Source of the DNA: Macrostomum lignano
Lineage: Eukaryota
Direction of reading: 5' to 3'
Assembly (NCBI GenBank): GCA_002269645.1
Contig: NIVC01004130.1
Span: 1-58,675, forward strand
DNA: 58,675 nucleotides
This document shows, piece by piece, positions 52,864 through 58,675 of this stretch (the stretch's first letter is position 1; each line of letters starts with the position of its first letter). The notes below the pieces were generated by a model. It ran no database searches and was not told where the DNA came from. It saw only the letters and a list, made by a program, of their open reading frames with translations. The translations under genes were made by a program, and so were the position numbers.

Positions 52864-54392
52864 TAGAGAGAGAGAAATCGAATTTAGCTTGACTGCCTGC
52901 CTGACTGAGCACTTTTAGTTTGATATATATATATATATATCAAAGCATTCTTAATGGTACAGGCAGGCAGTTCAGAGTTGTTGACTGTCGAATTGCTAGG
53001 GAAGAATCCCCGAGCACTGATGATAGACAGGCCAAGACGAATAATTTAGTTTGATGCAACTTCAGCGAGGAGTCTTCGATTTCTCAGTCCCAACACACAG
53101 AATCGAGGGCAATTGCTTAGATTAATTTAGCGACACTATTCTAGATTGCGAGACTAATGTACCAATGTGTACTTTAGTATGAGCATCCTGATTATTTTTG
53201 ATAAATCAGCTACTATTTAAAATACCATAGTACTATTGACCATTTAAGTAGTATACGTTGATTTTTTATTTAATATACACTTATTGCTGATTATTTATTT
53301 AGTTAGTCCCACATTATAATGTTTTAAAAGACTGACTAGAATCAGGTTAAGCTAGATTAGTCACGGTTAGTACGCCACAATCACAAGCATTATTATGCTT
53401 AGACACTACTACCGCATCGACTTTATTAGCTCTTAGTAGTATGATGGTAGGTAATTATTATAAATAAATGCGACCGAAGATTTTAGTTAAAAATTTTCTT
53501 GGAAATAGCTAAACTAAGGCAATAGCTTTTTGAGGCGTGAAATCGATGGTTATCGTTTCTTTAATATTCAAATAATACTACTGACAAACGTTTTTCTTAT
53601 AAGTAGTATACGGTAAAAAACAATTTTAAAGTAGAAAATACACTATTTTAATTCATTTTCTGTTTTCTTTCTCAACACCCAGTCCTGCTAAAACACGCAA
53701 TGCCGCCGCCTCAAGCCGATGCCGAATCAATCGACGACCTGGCTGAGCATGAGCGCCAGCGCGACTGGCTGCTCAATCGTCAGGTATTATTAATCTCAGA
53801 TTTCGGCCTGGCCAAACAGTGCTGCATAACTCTGCCCGATGTTGAACCCGCTACTGCTGCCAACGATGATTCTGCGACCTCCTCGGCCGTAGCCGCTGCC
53901 GCCGCTGCGGCTGCTGACCAAACCGGCGGCCCAGGCGGTGTCGGGACTCACGCCTACATGAGTCCGGAGCAGCTGCGCGGCCAGTGCCCCTACACCTGGC
54001 ACGCCGATGTCTGGTCCTACGGCGTCGTGCTCTGGGAACTGCTGACCGGGGAGGTGCCTTACGCCAACCTGCTGCCCTACCAGATCATGTACAATGTAGC
54101 CAGGGGCCTGTTCCGGCTGCCCATTCCCGACGGCTGTCCCGTTGGGTTCCGTCGCCTGCTCGAGGACTGCTGGTCCGAGGCGCCGGAAGGTCGGCCAGCG
54201 TTTGCCGAGGTGCTGCACAGATTGAAGGACATCGCCAGTGTCGGCTTTGACGACTTCGATGAACTGCAGGTGAGGAGAGAAAGAGAAAGAGAGAGAAGAG
54301 AAGTCACGGCGTTTTTAAAAAATAATTAATTAAATCTGGGCTACCGGTTTCGAGCCTCTGGCCTCTTCGTCAGGCCAGAGAGAGAGAGAGAG

Positions 54393-54432
<40 letters not shown>

Positions 54433-56392
54433 TAATAGAAGCCATACAGCTCGATAGATTCCGATGGGAAACCCAAAGGAAACCCAGTGAAACCAAATGG
54501 AACTCAATAGGGTCTAATATGAAAACCCTTGTAAACCCATGGAAACCAATGGAAACCAATAAAACCCATGGAAACCAATGGAAACCAATGGAACCCATGG
54601 AAACCAATGGAACCAATGGAAACCAATGGAACCCATGGAAACCAATGGAAACCAATGGAAACTAATGAGAACCCATAAAAACCTATAAAAACACATGGAA
54701 ACTAATGGAAGCCAATAAAATCCAATGGAAACTAATCGCAATCGAAGGAATCCAATGAAAACCTAAGGAACCTAATTGAAACCAATGGAAACCCCATTCG
54801 CCCCCGCAGGCGGACTGGCGCCAGCAGGTTCAGGCCGCATTCGACCAGCTCCGAGACAAGGAGCGCCAGCTTGAAGAGAAAGATCGGCAGCTGGTGGACG
54901 CCGAGCTTCGAATGCGGATGCTGGAGCAGCGCATCGCCGAGCAGCAAAGGCAGCACGAAATCGAAGTCCTGTCGCGCGAGTTGACCATCTCGCTGCTGCA
55001 GGTGCAGCTGCAGTCTTCCACCGCGGCCGCGGCCGCCTACGCCGCGCAGCACACGCCGCCGAAACCGCCGCGTAGGTCGACATTTCGACGTCACGGCGGA
55101 TTGTCGTTTCTGCGCTCTTCGGCCGGCGCCGGCGGCAACCACTCGGTGCCGAACTCGCACCCGGTTGCCCCTAGCAACGGAGACGCCGCCGGCAATGTCA
55201 GTATCGACATTCCAGCCGACGGCGGCGCTTCGTTGAATATCTCGCAGCCGACGGACGTGAAGCACCTGTTTCATGTCAGCCACGAGCAGCTCAGCTTTGC
55301 CGGCTTCGGCGGCGGCGGCGGCTCTTTGATGTCACGTGAGTTCATTGGTTGATTGATTGTCCACTGGTTGACGTGTTGGTTACTTGCACTGGTGTAGGTT
55401 TGGTTTAGTTTTTTAGTTTACCTTTAGGTCGGATTTAGTTTTTTTAGTTTTTCTTAGGGTAATCTTAAGGTAGCCTTAGTTTTTTAGGTTTCCTTAGGAT
55501 GTGTTTAGTTTTTTAGGTTACCTTGAGATGGGTTTAGTTTTTTAGGTTACCTTGGGATGGGTTTAGTTTTTTAGGTTACCTTGGGATGGGTTTAGTTTTT
55601 TAGGTTACCTTAGAATGAGTTTAGTTTTTTAGGTTACCTTGGCGTAATTTTAGTTGTTTAGGTTTCCTCAGATTGGGTTTAGTTTTTTAGGTTTCAGTTA
55701 GGTCGGGTTTAGTTTTTTAGACTTTGGATGGGTTTAGTTTTTTAGGTTACCTTAGGGTAATTTAAGTTTTTTTAGGTTACCTTGGGATGGGTTTAGTTTT
55801 TTTTAGGTTACCTTGGGATGGGTTTAGTTTTTTAGGTTACCTTGGGATGGGTTTAGTTTTTTAGGTTACCTTAGGGTAATTTTAGTTTTTTTAGGTTTCC
55901 TTCGGGTGAGTTTAGTTTCCCCTCGTGTAGATTTTTTATGCTTAAGGTGGCTTTATAGATTCCTTATTTCCATTATCTTACAGATTTGGCTCTATAAACA
56001 CTATAATAGTCCAGATTTTGTGGCTAGTAGTTTATTAGTGTTTTATTAGTGATTTGCAAATGAACTTAAAAAAATGTTGTTTTATCTTCTGCTAGAGAGC
56101 GGATGCGGCGTTGGCCTGTTCGACTCGCCAGCGGTCCAGCAGCCGCCGCCTCCACCGCCGCCGCTGCAGCGCCAGGAGAAAAGCTGCCCCAGTAACAAGC
56201 AGCACAGCCTCAGAGCTTGGGGCGGAAAGTCGTCCTCTCGGCAGCAGCAGGCGAAAGAGCACAGCTCCGCCCGTCGCGGCTTTTTCGGCGGCCTTCACAG
56301 TTCGCTTCGATTTGCTTCAAGAAGCGCCCCAGATCTGCCAGAGAAATGCCAACCGCTTGGCAGCCGATCTGGCAGTAAACGAGAGAAAAAAG
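41402..56392 (+). CDS. MLK: Mixed-lineage kinase (MAP3K9/10/11 family), probably 3'-incomplete; exons 41402-41775, 42679-43136, 53683-54269, 54810-55335, 56096-56392
   Basis: SH3 (DDELSF..DEGW..PGNFV), kinase (GSGGFAEV, VAVK, HRDLKSSN, DFG, SPE, DVWSYG), coiled-coil zipper (ADWRQQV..REL) and CRIB (ISQPTDVKH). Splice phases 2,1,0,1,1 are consistent. Confidence 0.92.
41830..42612. repeat. 29-bp minisatellite in MLK intron 1
   Basis: Unit aatctgtttgatctgtgccgctgtgtaat. Confidence 0.96.
43190..52530. repeat. ~9.3-kb 19/21-bp minisatellite in MLK intron 2
   Basis: Variants gataggtagacactatagtta / ...ctatgca / ...ctaaagtta, roughly 450 units; source of all STYLTIV pseudo-ORFs. Confidence 0.98.
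52788..52876. repeat. (GA)n microsatellite
   Basis: Direct observation. Confidence 0.97.
54374..54795. repeat. (GA)n(GT)n microsatellite followed by a 10-bp tggaaaccaa minisatellite in MLK intron 3
   Basis: Direct observation. Confidence 0.93.
55390..55920. repeat. ~30-bp GT-rich minisatellite in MLK intron 4
   Basis: Unit gggtttagttttttaggttaccttgggat. Confidence 0.9.
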
Positions 56393-56689
56393 GTGAGCGC
56401 CGATATGTATCGAAAGTAGAGTTTCCAAACATTCATTTTGTCCTTAAGATTGAACGCCATTATTATTATCAAAGGGTTTGGATAATTAATTGATGTGCCG
56501 TCAGTCGCACCTATCATTTCATACATGCCTTTGTTAGTTGCACAGCCGCCGATCCAATAATTAGACGGATTCTTTTAATTAGCATAATGGTCTGTCTGTC
56601 TCTGTAGAATTCTGTCCCCTATTATCCAATCCCTTCGAAATTTCTATTCCTTCTATGAAGATTTATGAGCTATGAGCTCCTGGTTTTTA

Positions 56690-56841
56690 GTGTACAGCGG
56701 CCCTAACTTTATCGTTAGGCATGTACACTTCACTGCGCCTTTTTGGGTTGGCCCTCAAGGGCGTTAATTGTCTGCAATCAGTGTGACTGCGCTTGGAATC
56801 GAGCCTGGGCCGCCAAGCTTTTTAGTTTTAATCCACTGATT
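56690..56841 (-). mobile_element. Possible tRNA-derived SINE fragment cut by the adjacent transposon
   Basis: B-box-like GGCTCGATTCC on the minus strand near 56795-56805; no A box remains. Confidence 0.35.
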
Positions 56842-58675
56842 CACTGGTCAACAATGAAAAATAGGTTGGAGGTTTTTTAGCTGATTACAGGTAATTTTAA
56901 TGTGCTGAATCTAAAAATCTCTGATTTCCGCTGATTTCCATGTTTTAAATATCGCTTTATCTAATGTAAGTATTAGAACTGCAATTAGCTATTATATTTT
57001 GTCGCATTTAGCAACCTTATGCATTGCAGTGCACACAAGCATACTAAAAACAAGTATAAATGCATAAAACAGGCAAAACGAAAGTCTAAGCTCATGTCAA
57101 GGGCAGGCGTTTTCTTATGGCCTTCTGTGATGAATTTTGTCTGTCTGATCACGCTTCAAGCACCAGCAGTAATCAGCCATCATCGCAGCATACCATCTCC
57201 CTTGGTAACGCGTCTCCATCGTTTTGATGTCCTGTTGGTAGCGCTCTCCTTGTTTATCACTCAAAGCGCCGAGGTTGTCCGGAAATCTCGAGAGGTGGGA
57301 ATTCAGGTAATGCATCTTGATGCTCATATTACACCCTATCCTGCAATATGCAGCCATCAAGTTTTCAACCAATTCCTCAGTTGTCAGCTTTCCTATTTTC
57401 TAGAAAGTTGCTGACCACCTGGCAAAAAGCACGCCAGGCTGCCCAACCAATTCCTGACAGTTGTTAGCTTTCCTATTTTCTAGAAAGTTGCTGACTACCT
57501 GGCAAAAGCACGCCAGGCTGCCCAACCAATTCCTGACAGTTGTCAGCTTTCCTATTTCCTAGAAAGTTGCTGACCACCTGGCAAAAAGCACGCCAGGCTG
57601 CCCAACCAATTCCTGACAGTTGTCAGCTTTCCTATTTCCTAGAAAGTTGCTGACCACCTGGCAAAAAGCACGCCAGGCTGCCCTTTCCACATTCGTCAGC
57701 TCGATTTCCTAAAAGTTCAAATATGCCAGCCTTCAGCTTCTCCTCAGTGAGTGACGGAAATGCATAGCACAAATACTCGAAGCACTTTCCTTGCTTGTCG
57801 AGCGCTTTGGTGAATTGCTTGATGAGGCTCAATTTGATGTGCAGGGGTGGGAACAAGATCTTGTCGCGATTGACCAATGGCTCGTGGATCACGTTCTTTG
57901 CAAGGCTCCAGATGCTCTCTGACAGGCCATTCCTTCTGAATGTAGTGCTTCTGCTTTGCACGGCTGTCCCACATGCACAAGAAACAGGGAAACTTGGTGT
58001 AGCCTGATTGCTGGCCTTGCAGAAAATTTACCATCTTCAGATCAACGCAAATTACCCGTTGGTGGTCGTGGTAGGCAATTTTTTTGCAGAACATAGTCTT
58101 TCTCCTGCGCGAAGTACTTCATTAATGGGCCGTGCCTGTTGCATCTTCACCGAGAAAGTTCTTCGACTTCAGCCTGGAAGCCAGTAGCTTGCTGGCTTGC
58201 TTGGAAAGATGCAGATCGCGCACCAAGTCATTCAGCTCTTCTTGCGAGAAAGTCTGAGGAGCACAGCTCTCGTCAGAAGGCAAGTAGGCATCATCATAAG
58301 CGATTGCATCCCGGTGTTGCATTCCATGTCATCTTCGCCGTCGCTGATGTCTTGCAGCCCAGCATACGCAGGTACAAGAATTTCCTCACAGTGGAGGACT
58401 GGCCGACGCGCTGTTTCAAGGTCAGGGTATGTGAGAGTTATGCCAATTGTTGCGATTTATACCGTTCAGGTTGATGGCGCAAAAATAGCAGTCGCTGATG
58501 TGATTTGATGGTTCTCTCCACAACATCGGGATGCCGAACTTCATGCTCTGCTCTTGCCTTTGGTCCACAAGCGAAGTGCATCTGTGCAGCTCTTTCAGAC
58601 AACATGGGGGCGCCATCGCTTGTCCTGGTCTGCAAGCTGCATCCCAAGTATTGACATATGGTACGCTTAATGAAT
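56842..58675 (-). mobile_element. Inactivated DNA transposon, Chapaev3-like (CMC) by recollection; runs off the window
   Basis: Terminus CACTGGTCAACAATG. Fragmented transposase with motifs WREPSNHISDCYFC, ELNDLVRDL, VDLKMVNFL.GQQSGYTKFPCFLC.WDSR, PPLHIKL, SD.QGER. Many frameshifts. Family assignment needs a database check. Confidence 0.8.
57365..57682. repeat. 4 x 80-bp tandem duplication inside the transposase
   Basis: Unit encodes AAWRAFCQVVSNFLGNRKADNCQELV on the minus strand. Confidence 0.92.

Noticed and set aside
55390-55920. Interstitial telomere
   Set aside because: Contains ttagg/gggtttag fragments but is a ~30-bp unit, not (TTAGGG)n.
56608-56675. Possible terminal MLK exon (EFCPLLSNPFEISIPSMKIYEL*)
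   Set aside because: Phase fits, but it is AT-rich unlike the other exons and has no homology support.

Overview
Eukaryotic (animal) genomic DNA with GC-rich exons, GT-AG introns and a different minisatellite in almost every intron. The style is reminiscent of the flatworm Macrostomum; this is inference and was not verified. Genes reconstructed by hand: RBBP4/RbAp48 (3 exons, +); a head-to-head pair of 6-exon tetraspanins; a 4-exon ornithine-decarboxylase-like pseudoenzyme; a mixed-lineage kinase (SH3-kinase-zipper-CRIB, at least 5 exons, one intron holding a ~9.3 kb minisatellite). Mobile DNA: a dead Mag-clade Ty3/Gypsy LTR element, a dead Chapaev3-like DNA transposon, and several MITEs with readable TIRs and TSDs. 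Most notable signal, invisible in the ORF track: the ODC-like gene has a spliced, AUU-initiated 50-codon upstream ORF with a basic N-terminus and a PPW motif, the hallmark of polyamine-sensing antizyme-inhibitor mRNAs. Also notable: both tetraspanins carry C-terminal VxP (cilia-targeting-like) motifs and enlarged EC1 loops, with an adjacent FOXJ1-like/RFX X-box pair between them, and the LTR element had its gag ATG fused to its primer-binding site. Most long ORFs in the supplied track are repeat artefacts.
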